Positions 14,799 through 27,670 of a stretch of 64,000 nucleotides of DNA are shown here, piece after piece (positions within the stretch are counted from its first letter, which is position 1; the number at the start of each line of letters is the position of its first letter). The stretch comes from Calcarisporiella thermophila CBS 279.70 (taxonomy: Eukaryota; Fungi; Calcarisporiellomycota). The notes beneath the pieces were generated by a model, which was given only the letters and a program-made list of their open reading frames with translations, was not told the DNA's origin and did no database searches. The position numbers and the translations under genes are program-made. The stretch spans positions 617,760 through 681,759 of the forward strand of contig NW_027192208.1 in assembly GCF_041956535.1 (NCBI RefSeq), in the 5' to 3' direction.

Positions 14799-16534
14799 TC
14801 ACAAATCTGGAGAACTACTTCGTCTTCTTAGCGCGGTTCTTACAGGCATAACCAAATCCAAATCCTCCTCTTCCCCAAAGTCCTCAGTCATTAGTAGCTC
14901 TTTATCTATCCGCAGGTTTACTTTGTCTTCACCAATTCTGTTTTTCAACCCTCCTCCACGCGTAGATTCATCAATCTTCTTTACCATTTTGTCCAATTCT
15001 TGTCTTTCCTCATGAATCATTTCAGCAACTTCAGCTTTTTCTTTATCTTCAGTGCGCCGGTCACCTTTTTCTGACATTCTCGATATCTCTGATATGGAAT
15101 TTACAGTGGAAAACCGCATCCGCTTAGGTGAAGTCGCTTCAACCTTCGACCTTACTTCATCCATTTTATCACTGGATTTAGTGGTAGTTAATTTGAGATT
15201 AATGTCCGGCAAATCGGGAAGCTTAGATTGATGACGCTGGGGTTTCGATAAAATGCCTGCCTGAGCACTTTTGGATGAAGTAGTGTTGAAATCGGTATCA
15301 CGGGGAGTATCGTAGGATTGGGAGCGTTTCTTAGGAGCTGAAGCAGCAGTAGTTCCAACGACTACTATTTCGTCATCTCCATCGTTCAATTCTACCAATT
15401 TTAAGCGTCTATCATTCTCAGTAGAGGTAGGGTTGCGATTGGAAGAGACTATCCTGTGCTCGATCGAATCATCTTCTTCTGATTCCATATGTTTTTCGCC
15501 AATATCGGTTTCTCCATGACTCTCTTCTAACAACGTCCTATTCATAGGTCGGCTCTTTCGGGCGTGTCTCGACATTGCCTCCTCCACTGACCATGACCTT
15601 TGGTTCTCGTACCTTGAGTGGCCTTCACTCTCTATCTCTTCATCCTCTTCGCTGTTATTGTCGTTCTTTCGTCGCACCACCAAAATCCTTTCTCTTTTCG
15701 AAAATTCTTCCCTTCCTTGGTGAGGTCTTGCCATCTTTCTAATTAGAACTTCCTCTCGCTTCTTCATTTCCTCTATTCTCTCTTTTAACATTTTTACCTT
15801 CTCCTTGAGTCTATCAATCTTCCCATGAAGCATTCCGCAGTAATCTTGTACATGTTGATTTACATCACGCCATGTGCCGCGGTAAGGACATCCTTCTTTA
15901 TTGTATGTACACGGAATATAGCGGCAGCGGCGGAGAATATGATTATCTTTGTCCTTGCGTAGAAACGATTCACAGCTGGAGGGATTGTTTGGACAGGATA
16001 TAAGCTCGTATAAACAGGTCTGGAGATGGGTAGAGAGATCTTTTTTGAGAAGAATATTAGGACAACCGTGCCGTGCGTTCGGACATTCTACCGTTTCGTA
16101 TTGACACTGGAAATAGAAACATGAACATCAGTTAAAGGATTTTCTCTTTATCTAATATACTATTTACATTAGCCGAATGATTATCGCTTAATGGACCCGT
16201 CCATGTGCATCCTGCATCAGAGTAAACACACCGCACTTCTAACCGTCCTATCTGGCGTTTTAAGAATTTGGCAGACTGAAAGCTGGAAGGATTCAGCACT
16301 TCTCTGCAGAGAGGACATTCCAGGCGGCCGATGCGAATATTATCGTTGATGCAAGCATAGCAAAAAATATGGTCTGGAAGAGGATTAATATTTATGATAA
16401 ATTTACACAATTGAGATGGGAGAATTACCTTCACGGCAGCGCACTTGCACCGGATCCTCAAGCACACTTAAACATATAGTACACACAAAATCTTCGCTTA
16501 TAGGTTTAAGAAAATACTCAGTCGCGATGCCCAT
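14799..16534 (-). CDS. RING-HC + TRAF-type zinc-finger protein with coiled coil and disordered tail
   Basis: Spliced: CTICLSVLEDPVQVRC/HIFCYAC..CPLCR; LEVRCVYSDAGCTWTG..H; CQYETVECPNARHGC..HLQTC; CPNNPSSC..H..CRYIPCTYNKEGCPY..H; then coiled coil continuing into ORF 14799-15833. Confidence 0.8.
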
Positions 16535-16740
16535 CTCCCCTTAAACTCTAATAGCCCAAGGCAATATTATTTTTAGAGACTATTCAACGCGTTTTTGTCA
16601 ATTTCCGTGTGACTAGTATTTTTTTAGTTGATTAAGTGGTGGGTAAAGTGTTCAAATATAGACGCACATCTACAGTTTCATTGCATTCATTCCCCACCTT
16701 TAAGGACGCAAAATATACAGTAGGCGACGCGCAACCACAA

Positions 16741-18341
16741 ATGATCAGCGCATTTTTCATTTACAATCAAAAGGGTGAGGTTCTCATCTCAAGGCTTTAT
16801 CGTCAAGATCTTAAGTAAGTTCATCATCTCGATCTTTTTCCTATCAGTCTCATCTAATTGCTTCCCTCAGACGTTCGGTCGCTGATATATTCCGCATCCA
16901 AGTAATCTCAAATACGGATGTTCGCTCTCCTATCATAACTCTCGGCAGCACATCCTTCTTCCACGTTCGCCACGAAAATCTCTACATTGTTGCAGTAACC
17001 AAATGGAATGCGAATGCGGCATTACTTTTCGAGTTTTGCTACAGAGTCGTTAGTATAGGACGCGCATATTTCGGCAAATTTGATGAAGAAGCAGTGAAAA
17101 ACAATTTTGTTCTAATATATGAACTTCTTGACGGTAATTTTCCAGTATTATTAATTTCATCAAAGGATTGTTATATTTGATAACTTGCCTCCATAGAAAT
17201 TCTCGATTTCGGGTACCCACAGAATAGTGATGCAGACACCCTTAAGATGTATATTACAACTGAGGGAGTCAAATCAGAAAGAGCGGTAGTAAGTTCTCAT
17301 TTTTCTGCTGTAGTTCATATTTTTTTTCCCCAGACCTATCTCATTTCGGCTCTTTTTGTCAATAGAAAGAAGATTCTAGGCGCATCACTATGCAAGCAAC
17401 TGGAGCAACATCTTGGCGCCGTGCCGATATTAAATATCGTAAAAATGAAGCTTTTATCGATGTGATCGAGAATGTCAATCTACTGATGGGTGCTAAGGGC
17501 ACAATATTACGCGCAGATGTCTCTGGCCAAATCATGATGCGCGCCTACCTTTCAGGTATGCCAGAATGCAAGTTTGGATTGAATGACCGAGTGCCGATGG
17601 GTAAGGATACGAGAACACGAGCACACGGTGTGCGAAAAACTGGAGAAACAGTGGAGATCGATGACTTTCAGTTTCATCAATGTGTGCGACTTGGGAGAGT
17701 GGATGCTGACAGAACCATCACATTTATACCCCCGGACGGAGAGTTTGAACTTATGAGGTAAATTACTGCTTCCCAGCTCCACCCTGATATCTCGTCTATT
17801 TTTCCAGAAAACTGCTTAATTCTAACCACTCCTATTCTCTCCCTGACCCACTATCTTGTTGATTAGATATCGCACTACAGATAATGTCAATCTACCTTTC
17901 CGCGTTCACCCGGTCGTTAATGAGATCGGAAAGACACGTGTAGAATATAAGATCCATGTCAAGTCGAACTTCTCCAGCAAGCTCTACGCGACAAATGTCA
18001 TCCTCCGTATCCCAACCCCACTTAATACTGCCAAAATCGACACACGAGTTGCCACGGGTAAGGCTAAATACGCCCCCGCAGAAAATGCAATTGTGTGGAA
18101 GATCCCTCGTTTTGCCGGACAAGCTGAATTCACATTGTCGGCAGAGGCAGAGCTTACCGCAATGACAAACAAGAAAGCCTGGTCTCGTCCGCCTATCTCA
18201 ATGGAATTCCAGGTGCTGATGTTTACATCGTCAGGGCTGCTAGTACGGTTTCTGAAAGTTTTTGAAAAGAGCAACTATAGAAGTGTAAAATGGGTTCGCT
18301 ACTGTACACAAGCTAATGGCACATATCTTATTCGATTTTAA
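16741..18341 (+). CDS. APM4: AP-2 adaptor complex mu subunit
   Basis: MISAFFIYNQKGEVLISRLYRQDLK, NNFVLIYELLD/EILDFGYPQN, TMQATGATSWRR, FHQCVRL, WSRPPISMEFQVLMFTSSGLLVRFLKVFE. Confidence 0.96.
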
Positions 18342-18812
18342 ATCTATCTAATTTGCTTATATATTCTATCTTATTTCCGCTTCTTTTCTCCATAATCCCT
18401 ATCAAGATGTCACGATTTTGGTGTAGGAAGGCACTTTCCATAGTCTCTACCGTCAACGCCTACCTTTTGTTTCCGATAAAAACCCTTTTTTTTCTATTAT
18501 ATTATTCTTATTCTTTCAATGATAATATTAGTTTGCATGGCTTATTCACTAGATATCTGAAAGATTATCACTTGAAAATTGCTGAGCTGGGAATTTTGGT
18601 TAAGAAATGCTCTTCAGTTTGTGGCGGACGATTTTAATTCTCTTTTTGTGGGATTTTTCTTCCTTCACTAGCGCATCGAAAACACATCCAAAAGAACAAT
18701 GAAGATCCCTCTAGTGTTGACACTTTAAGCCTCCAAAAAAGTCTTAAATATCTCTTCCTGCTCCATTATAATTTCTCTCTAATATCTTACGAGTGCGATT
18801 TTTTACAACACA

Positions 18813-20745
18813 ATGCTGACGGGTTTGAATTACCAGTTAGCTGCCTTCCAACCGCGACGCGGTCGCGGTGACATGTAAATACGCTAATCCTTTACATGCC
18901 CTATATCTAGAATGAATGGCTAATGCCATTTGATGTTCATAGAGTGTATGACCTAATTATACGCCAACATCCCAAGCAATCGCGAATGTGTGGAATTGGT
19001 GAAAAGGGTATGGAATACTACTTTAGCTTTTAGTTCTAGAGATGATTAACCGAATATTGTTGGCTCTAGCGGATCGGCGTCCACTTGATCCCCCACCTAT
19101 AGTACAATTGCGGGTTTACGACCGGGAGAGTGCGAACAGTGAAACGTAAAATCACTTCGGGCCTATTAAGCTCATCTTTCATCTTTGATTTTCTCATGCC
19201 TTTTATATGCATAGAACCTTTCTTCAAAATCCCTACTATTTCCTTTTTGCATCTCTGGTGTATCCCGATTCTGATCGCGAGTTCCATGTTCTAAGCGATG
19301 GCAAGACCCGCTCTACTACAGGCAGCATGGTATCTTCGCTCTACCATCTCAAGGACACGGACAACTGTGACGCTGCTTTTTTTGTTTTTAACGACATCAG
19401 CGTAAGAGTAGAGGGCTATTACAGGTTGAAATTCTCCTTGTTTGAGATAGTAGGGCACGAAGTGTTTCACTGTAAGAGTATATATACAGACGAATTTGTT
19501 GTGTACTCAGCAAAGCGATTTCCAGGAATGGAGGGTAAGTCAATAAGAACAACTCCACCCATACCAACCTAGAGATTTATCTTTATGCTGTGGGGATTAG
19601 AATCAACGCTGCTTTCACGACTTCTCGCCGATCAAGGTCTCAAGATTCGAGTAAGAAAGGAGGGTCAGGGCCGCAAGCGCCTTTCTAAGCGCAGCAGTCT
19701 GGTTCTCTATAGTGGTGCACCTGAGCAAGAGGTTGCACCATTAGCCACGGAGAGACACTTGAAACGTGCCCGAAAATCAAGAACAGTGCGAAGTGAAGAA
19801 GAGTCTGATGAAATGGAGGAAACCAGTACACTTATGGATTCACAGGTTCATAGAGATGTATCTGGAATCAATACAAAGATGCAGAGAGGAGCAAGGGAAG
19901 CAAAAATACAGTTCTGGGAACAGATTCCCTCAGCCCAGCACCATTTGAGATCTTCGTCTTCATCAGAGCGAGATTTAAATCCACCCTCCTCGATAGGCTC
20001 ATTCGAGACTATAACCGAGGCGAGAAGGGCGAGTGAGCCCTGGTTCAATGCATCGAATCCCATGCTACATGCGCGTGTTTCCACCCTTAACAAAATTGCC
20101 GCTAGTGGAGATTCTGTAGGTGGAATGAAATCCACCTACAATAGACCTCGCCTTCCAGCTTCGTTACCCAACCCTCTTCCGACCAACCCACTTCAATACC
20201 ATCTACAATCTTTCCCGCTAAACTCAAACAAAATCACAACACGACGTCCCCCTCCACCTCCCTTACCACTTCGCGAGTCCGCGCACCATGCCAACATGCA
20301 TCCAACGCCGACTCACTCACCTACATCCACCTCATCTTCGTCTCCACTGTGTTCGCCTTTAGGCCGGATGACAATCGCAGGAGGAAGCAGTGAGCAGCAG
20401 CGCTCCACACACTTGCACACCACGCTTCCCCCGATTTCATCCCTATCGGCGCTCCCTGCGGTAGGTTCGAATTTGAGCTTGGCTGGTGGCATGGTCCCAC
20501 CCATATCGACACCCATGGAGTCGCTTAGACGATCACTTACCGTGTATGGCAGTCATGCAGATACGGTTACAGCTGCAGCAGGGAGCAATGGAATATTGAG
20601 AGAGCTGCCACTACCACGGCCTCTTTCCTCTACCGTATCTAGTATCAACAGTGGAGAAGGTCAGAGTGGAGGGGGCGTTAATCTACCTCCACTGGCGTGG
20701 CTGTTGAATCAACCTCCCCACCGCTCTAGGGTAGAGGGCACTTAA
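18813..20745 (+). CDS. Velvet-domain developmental regulator (VosA/VelB/VelC family)
   Basis: YDLIIRQHPKQSRMCGIGEK/ADRRPLDPPPIVQL, FFVFNDISVRVEGYYRLKFSLFEI, FVVYSAKRFPGME/STLLSRLLADQGLKIRVRK. Pro/Ser-rich tail. Exon 1 start is less certain. Confidence 0.9.
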
Positions 20746-21411
20746 GTCTTGGTATTAATATTTTTGGGCTCTATTAAAACATTATTAGTACTTTAATGTT
20801 GATACATTCCATGATATTATGGAGGAATTTGACATATATATCTCTTCTATTATTTTTTTCCATCTCTTCTCATGACAATTATTTCTCTCATAATATTATT
20901 ACATTGAAAAGGTTTTGTTTCTCTATGGTTGTAACCCCTCATTCGTCATTTTTGCTCATTTTTATTATTGGAGATCTCTATTTCGCTTAAAGATACTTTC
21001 TTTTCCATTCTCTTTTTTACTATTTCTTTTTCTATTACGCTTTTTAATTTGCTTTGCAAACGCTCTTTAGACTCTGCTTCTTCTGCGTTTGCTCTATGGA
21101 TATTATCATAGCTTCTATATATATATATCATTTTATCTGCTTGTAAAAAGAAATGAATTCGTTGCTCATCAATAGTGAATAACCTTTATCGTATCATTCG
21201 ACGTTATGCAGGGTAGCAACCAGTGAACTGAATGTTGTTAACAAAACATGAGAGAACAATGAAGCTAAAATTCCCTCTTTACATCAATGGCTGGTCATGG
21301 AAGAATGGCTAAAATCACTGACAAGCCTATGCCAATGTCCCAATCCATAGCTGTAGTGTAACTAAGAAAAGAGCACTATTTATTGAGTTTTCGATAAATA
21401 AATATTTCGAA

Positions 21412-22279
21412 TTACGCCGGCTCCACCAGCACTTTCAGATCCACCTCGCTCTCCCCGATATGCACTTTACATGTATGCTCTCCCACTGTCTTGATCCGAT
21501 CAGCGCTAACTTGCCCTTTGGACACCCCTGCAATTCCCTTCTTCCGCAGTCCTTCTACAACATCCTCTGCTGTTACAGACCCATAAGTTTGTACAGAATT
21601 GGGTACAATCGCCCGCTTAAAGCGCAAGGGAGGAAGAGAGCGTAGCTTTGAGACAAGAGAGAGAGCAGCAGCGACAGCCTGGCTTTGACGGATTTGAAGG
21701 TTATCAGCAGATTCCTAATCCATAAAGAAGGTAAAGGATATTTAGGTCTTGCATGTGAACGGAAAGGGAGGAGAAATAAAACGCACCGCTGTAATGCGAG
21801 CAGCTTGAGCTCGCAGGTTGTCAGCTTCTTGCTCCGCTTTACGATCGCGCGCACCTTTTGATTTCACGATATAACTTGCTAGTCCATTTGGCAAGAGATT
21901 ATTGCGCATGTAACCCGCTATTCATCCAATTCAAATTTTAATCACTCGAAACATTAGAAAGCTTGGGGAAGAAATCTTACGCTTCACGGAAACTACATCA
22001 CCTATTTAATCGATGCATAATTACATCAGTTAAAAGTTTCTTCGAGTAGTAATACGGCATCGCTTACCAGGCTTGCCTAACCCTTTCAATTTAGACTTAA
22101 GTTGTACTTGGATTGTGCTCTGCTTATGTGCATATCTCTGTGAAAGTGTTAAAATGTCAGAACTATTCTGACAAAAATGCATGTCAAGGTAATATATGAG
22201 CTACTTTTGGCGTATTTAATAGAGCGCGTTCTAGCACTGATGATCTCTCTAAAGCAAACAAATGTCTAACGCTGTACAT
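21412..22279 (-). CDS. MRPL9: Mitochondrial ribosomal protein bL9m
   Basis: Five exons: IQVQLKSKLKGLGKP/GDVVSVK/PGYMRNNLLPNGLA (L9 N-domain) and YGSVTAEDVV...IKTVGEHTCKV (L9 C-domain). Presequence-like start. Confidence 0.88.
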
Positions 22280-22950
22280 GATTCTTTATAGAGGATCTCG
22301 AAGGGAAATTAGAGTGTTTTGATTTATTGTCGCTAAATTTGGCGGTCACACTTTTACATTAACTCTGCCAAAGACCCGATTTCAATGAAACTCCTCTCCC
22401 CACTGCAGATATGCGTTGGCTTTTTTTTTTAAGTCCCATAGGAACCTGATCCTGGGAGAATAACAGTATATGTTCTTGGGCATTATATCTTAGTTAGATC
22501 TATTTTCCTCAACCCTGTTTCAACAAAGTCTATTTCATCTACTCTCCGGGAGATGCCATGGACAGTGTAGTAGCAAGAAGTGGCGGAAAACAACAAAGCT
22601 ATCACGCCCTTTCCTTCCACTGCTTCTATTTATGGGATAATCTGCATTTTTGAGATAAGATGAAGCGAAGAGAGGGGAATTATCATAAACTTGAGGAAAA
22701 GCCACAGATTAAGGCACATTTTGAAGATTGCATACCGCCTGAGAGATATCGAGTAATCTAAAAATTTTTCTGCTTTGTAGAAACAAAGATATTATATATT
22801 GAATAATGTGTTGTCACTATGTACAAATCAAATAAAAATACCATTAGAGAGAAAAATAGAAGGGAGGAAAGAGGGGGAGAGAGAAGAGTAATAAAGGATC
22901 ATTATGGTGGGTATTAAAGTAGAACAATCAATGGTAAGATTATAAATAAG

Positions 22951-25543
22951 TTAGTCCTTCCTCAACTGCGATAGCTGTACAACCAGTTCCATGTTCTTAT
23001 CCAATAGCTGTGCCAATTCCTCCTCAAGCGTCGCATTCCTTTGCTCCAGAGTCCAGATATGTTCGTCTTGGCCCCCGTAATCCCCTCCAGAATTAGAAGA
23101 AGCCGATTTCAGAGCCATTATCTCCCTTCTTAATCCATCAGCCTCCGTGCGATATGATAATGCCTCTTGTTCGAGGGTACGTAGTTTGGCCCGGTAGCTG
23201 TTTCGTCGACGCTCCAATGTAGCGCGAAGAAGATCCATTTCCCCGCTCAGTTCGCTGAGCATTTCGCCGTAGCGCTTTCGGACGTCGTGCAATTCTCGCT
23301 CATGGGCTAAAACCTGTGCCTCGAGATGGACTTTTCCGAACGCATCCCCCCCTCTATCATTCATAGAATTAGGGGTAGGGGGCAATTGGGACTGCATTAC
23401 AACCTCATTCACTAGATCCAGCTCATTCCGTAAGGCGGCAATGGCGCGCTCCTGCTCCTTAACCCTTTCCTTCAACTCCCGCGCCGTATCATTAGCCTTT
23501 GCGAGCTCCATTATTTTGGCGTTAAGAGTGCGCTGGGTATCTTGCGCTGCCTCACGCCGTACGTTCTCGAGCTCCTCGGTCTGAAGCCAAGAGATCCTCG
23601 CTTTGGCGCTGGAAAGCTGTTCCTGCAATTCACTGATGTCTCGCTCCCTACGCTCCAACTCTTTCTTCAAACGCTTCATCTCTGATCGAGCATCATTAAG
23701 CTTAGCATGTAAGGCACGACGTTCCTCTTCCGCATTCATTGCCTCTTGCTCTTTTTCCTCCATTGCTGCAGCGGCTTTCCCTTGCCATAACTCCAGCTCC
23801 TCTTCTAACTTGAGCTCTCGCTCTCGTGCCTCTTCAAACATTTGGTTTCCTTTCTCTTGCCACCCCCGCTCCATCTTCCGAATAGTTTGCTCGAGATGGG
23901 CCACTTTTTCTTGAAGCTCACTCCGCTCCTGTTCAATCTCGCGTACATTGCCTTCAGCTTGTCGAAGTGAACTATGCAACTTGTTACCCACTGAAGCCAA
24001 CTCTCCTTGTAGTGCCTGTACCACTCCCTCCAGTTTTGATTTATCCTTACGGACTTGATCGTACTCTTCCCGGTCAGGACGCTCCTCCAATTCGGCACGA
24101 ATAGCAGAGACTTCATCTGCTTTTGCCACAAGGTCCTTTCGCAAGTAAGAAAGCTCCTCCTCAAGGCGACGGATCTCTACCTCATGTTCGGAGTCAGCGG
24201 TGCTGCGAAGTTTCTGAAACTCTTTGTCGTAATCTTGACGCAACCGTCTTAATTCTTTTTCACGATCGCTTTTGAGTTCTTGAACTTGAGACCGAAGCTT
24301 TTTAATTTCCCCTTCCAGCTGAGCAACGATGCCCGCTTTCTCGGCCACATCCTTCTTCAAACGTTGCTCATTCAATGAGTGCTCCCTTGCTAGCTCATCG
24401 AGTGCATCCTCCCTGTCTGAAAGCTTTTTTCTCATTTCTTCCAACTTCTTTTCCAGTTCCTCTTTCCCTTTAAGAAGTCGATCTCTCTCAACCTCCACCT
24501 TCCTCGTTTTCTCTTCAAACGTATTATCTTGGGTTAGGTGCTCTCGTCGTAATTTCTCTATCTCTGCATTTTTTTCGGTTAACTGTCTCTGAAATGCGCG
24601 TATGGAGTTTTCAGTTGAACGCTGCAAATCCTTTAGCGCTGTATCGGCACGCTCCTTCTTTCTGAACAACACCTCATTCTCTTCACAGAGAGATTGGATT
24701 CGTTTAGCGAGTAAGCGAGCCAGCAATTCGTCGTTATCAGGGGAGTCGGATGATGAGGACGGAAGTTCATCTGTAGGAAGGAGGCGACGAACAGCATCAA
24801 GAAGATAGCGGGCCCTTGCCTGATATTCAGCACTTTTTTGTTTGAGGGCATCAAGCTCTTTAGCGTGTATCTCAGAGAGCTCCTTTCGCACCTAACCATA
24901 AAGAGCATCTAGATAAATAACAGAAAAGCACAGAAAAGTAGAATTGCAGAAGAAGTACCGCTTCATTAGCTCGGCCACTAATTTCTCCAATTTGTCTCTT
25001 TAAATCGGTTTCAAACTGTTTTAACATGCCCTTTCTGGTTTCATTCTTCTCCCGTTCAAACCCTTCCCGCAAAGCCCGATTCTCTTTCCGCAATCCTTCA
25101 TTCTCCTGCTTTAACTCGGCGATTTGCGTTTCGACCTCACGCATCTTACGCTCACGTTCTATGGTGGTCACCCGACCGCTAACCACTCGGCTCTTTGATG
25201 CGGTGCGAACTAAGTTATTATTCTGTCCACGGCTTCGGGATGCCTTCCTAGCCAAATCTGAATTATTGTTCCCCGATTGAGCCGAGGATGGCTGAGTTAG
25301 CTTGCTGTACATTGGGCTTTCTGGCCCTGAGCTATTGGTCGGGTCAGTTCCAACCCCCTCATCTTCGTGAGACGAGAAATCATCAAAATATGCATCCACA
25401 TCATAGCCCTCTTCTTCTCCCTCCTCATCCTGGAAAGAGGAGTTATTGTGTGTGAAGTGGCGTGACTTGGAATGAAGCGAGCGGCCGTGTGAACGCCGCA
25501 GAGAGCGACGGCTAGGGATGGCTTTTTGTCCAGATGAAGGCAT
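22951..25543 (-). CDS. Long coiled-coil protein of unknown function (2 exons)
   Basis: ORFs 24872-25543 and 22951-24891 joined by a GT-AG intron at ~24893-24958. About 650 aa of E/K/L/R heptad sequence after an acidic/Ser-rich N-terminus. Confidence 0.78.
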
Positions 25544-26777
25544 AACTTAAGATGGTATTGTTCTAGTTGGTATTATTCAGGTGTAGAGATACCGCCTGCT
25601 GTTATTAGTGATTTGTTTTTTGAGTAAGGATATCGGACGGTCAAGAAATTATAAGGAATGGATAGGGACTAATGAGAGAAATTGGATTAAAGTAACAGTT
25701 CCAACATTTGGAAATAGCTTTTAAACTTTACGAAATATTCGCGAAGGAATTCCCGGAGTTTGAATACTGTTCCAGGTGGGAGGGGACGGAAAATGGGCTC
25801 GGGATTAACCAAAAATATACAGCGACCTATCACGTCCCCTAATTAATAAACTAAATAGGAAAGCAATTATTGTTCGGACCAGCTTATTATTGCAATCGTT
25901 ATTAGCTTTTTTGCTTGCAGGCTTGGTCCGATATACAGAGAAAGGTGGGGATAAAGAGCTGAAAACAACGACCGTTGTATTTCCTTCTGCCTTCATTTTG
26001 CCTGGATGAATCTCTCAGAAAATGAATGTACTACGAAGTAACAAGATCAACTTCCAATGTTTCCTTATGCGAGATCATTCCGCTGCTTAAACTTTTATGT
26101 ACTGGTGGCTACAGAGATCTTTGTGAAATATATTTGATCTATTCCTAAGATAGTCTTAAGTGTATGTGCTATATATCCTGGCTTGATTAGCCTGATATAC
26201 AATCGCACACCTACCTGCAATCCTGCATCTAATTGTTACCCGGCGTTGTGCGGATACAAGGAGCACAGGGCCCTACCTGTGAAGTTGACCTAACATCTCC
26301 TAAAGTATATCCCGGTGGGAATATCAACAAATGAGAATAGGAGGCCTATACAGCTCTTTTCTCCCGAGGCTAGTTGTCCAAAGCAAATTTTACAAAACAA
26401 TGGTTACTTTGTTCAATTATCCGATGCTATAAGGTGCTAAAGCATATTTAAGGGATAAAATGGCATAAGGCGGCATAAAGTATCGTCATGATCCCAAGAC
26501 CTTAGGATTCGGAAACAGGGGTTCAAATATAAATTTTTGTGTTCGATATTTTGCTATATCTCAAAAATCTCACTCCTCTACAGTAATAATATCCCGGTAG
26601 CCAATTAGAATGCTTATCTTACATCTTTTTCTTACTCAGCCTGTCACTTTATTCACTATTATCTAGATATCCTATTCTTCCTCTAGAAATCACATTAGTT
26701 TACTCTTTCCTCTCTCCTCTTTCCTTGTTATAATAGAATTGCGTTCATCTATTGTCGTTATTTTTTTTAACTGTTCA

Positions 26778-27440
26778 ATGCGATTCTTCAAGTAAGCGTT
26801 TATAAGAATTCTTTCCGTTGCCTTGACCATGACTAATAATCGCCGATCTTAGAACTAGCCACACATTCGCGCATCCTTGGCAAGACGTTACTACTGCACA
26901 TTGGTTTAAATACCCAAATGAAAATCTTCCACATGTTATCTCGGTCGATGTTCTTGACCGCTACGTTGATCCTGTTACCAATTCTCTCGTAACTGAACGC
27001 CTCATCACATGTCGCCAGAATGCCCCTGCTGTAATACAACTGGTGCTTGGAAAGGACATCGTTACTCAATACGTAAGAGAAGTAAGTGTTATTGATCTAG
27101 AAGGGCGTAGATGCACGATGTGGAGCCGAAATTTGAGCTGGCGCCAAGTAGTAACCGTTGAGGAGCGAATATCCTATGAACAACACCCTTCCAATGATAA
27201 CAAGTAAGCTTACAGTAAATTCCCTCTGTTATTTTGCGATGAAAGTAGCCTAACGCAATCCGTGTGTCTAGAACCATCTTCAATCAGGAGGCAGAGATCA
27301 ATGCAAATAGCGCTTTGAGTCGACTCAAAGGTTACTTGGAGGATATATGTGTCAGCACATTTAGCGATAATGCCGCAAAAGGCAGAGAAGCTTTTGAAAA
27401 TATCTTGGAGCGATTCACAGGAGAATGGTCAAAGTTGTGA
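26778..27440 (+). CDS. UPS2: PRELI/MSF1 lipid-transfer protein, Ups2/PRELID3-like (missed by ORF track); ends in -SKL
   Basis: Three exons: MRFFK/TSHTFAHPWQDVTTAHWFKYPNENLPHVISVDVLDRYVDP..TERLITC..VREVSVID..SRNLSWRQVVTVEERISY/TIFNQEAEI..FSDNAAKGREAFENILERFTGEWSKL*. Confidence 0.9.
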
Positions 27441-27670
27441 AGCGAACAAGAAAAAAAAGATAGAGATATCTTTTCGGATTAAAAAGTCAATGAGGATAGA
27501 CACTTATTTTATATTGTACCTTATTTGTACAAAAATTGCTCTTCGTGCTCTTATTCATTTTCAAAAGAAATAATAATAAATCGCGTTAAAATAGGTTAGG
27601 TTTCTAAGACACAAAATAGAAAAACTAGATACTTTAGGAACCATAAGTAGATCCCATCCAGCCTAGAAGC

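Noticed and set aside
20946-21131. K/E-rich 61-aa minus-strand ORF
   Set aside because: It is most simply the antisense reading of the T/C-rich 3' region of the velvet gene. There is no credible start or upstream exon.
21733-21741. ATATCCTTT on the minus strand in the bL9m gene, resembling a U12 donor
   Set aside because: It lies inside a normal GTGCGT...TAG intron near its 3' end. The reading frame is explained without it.
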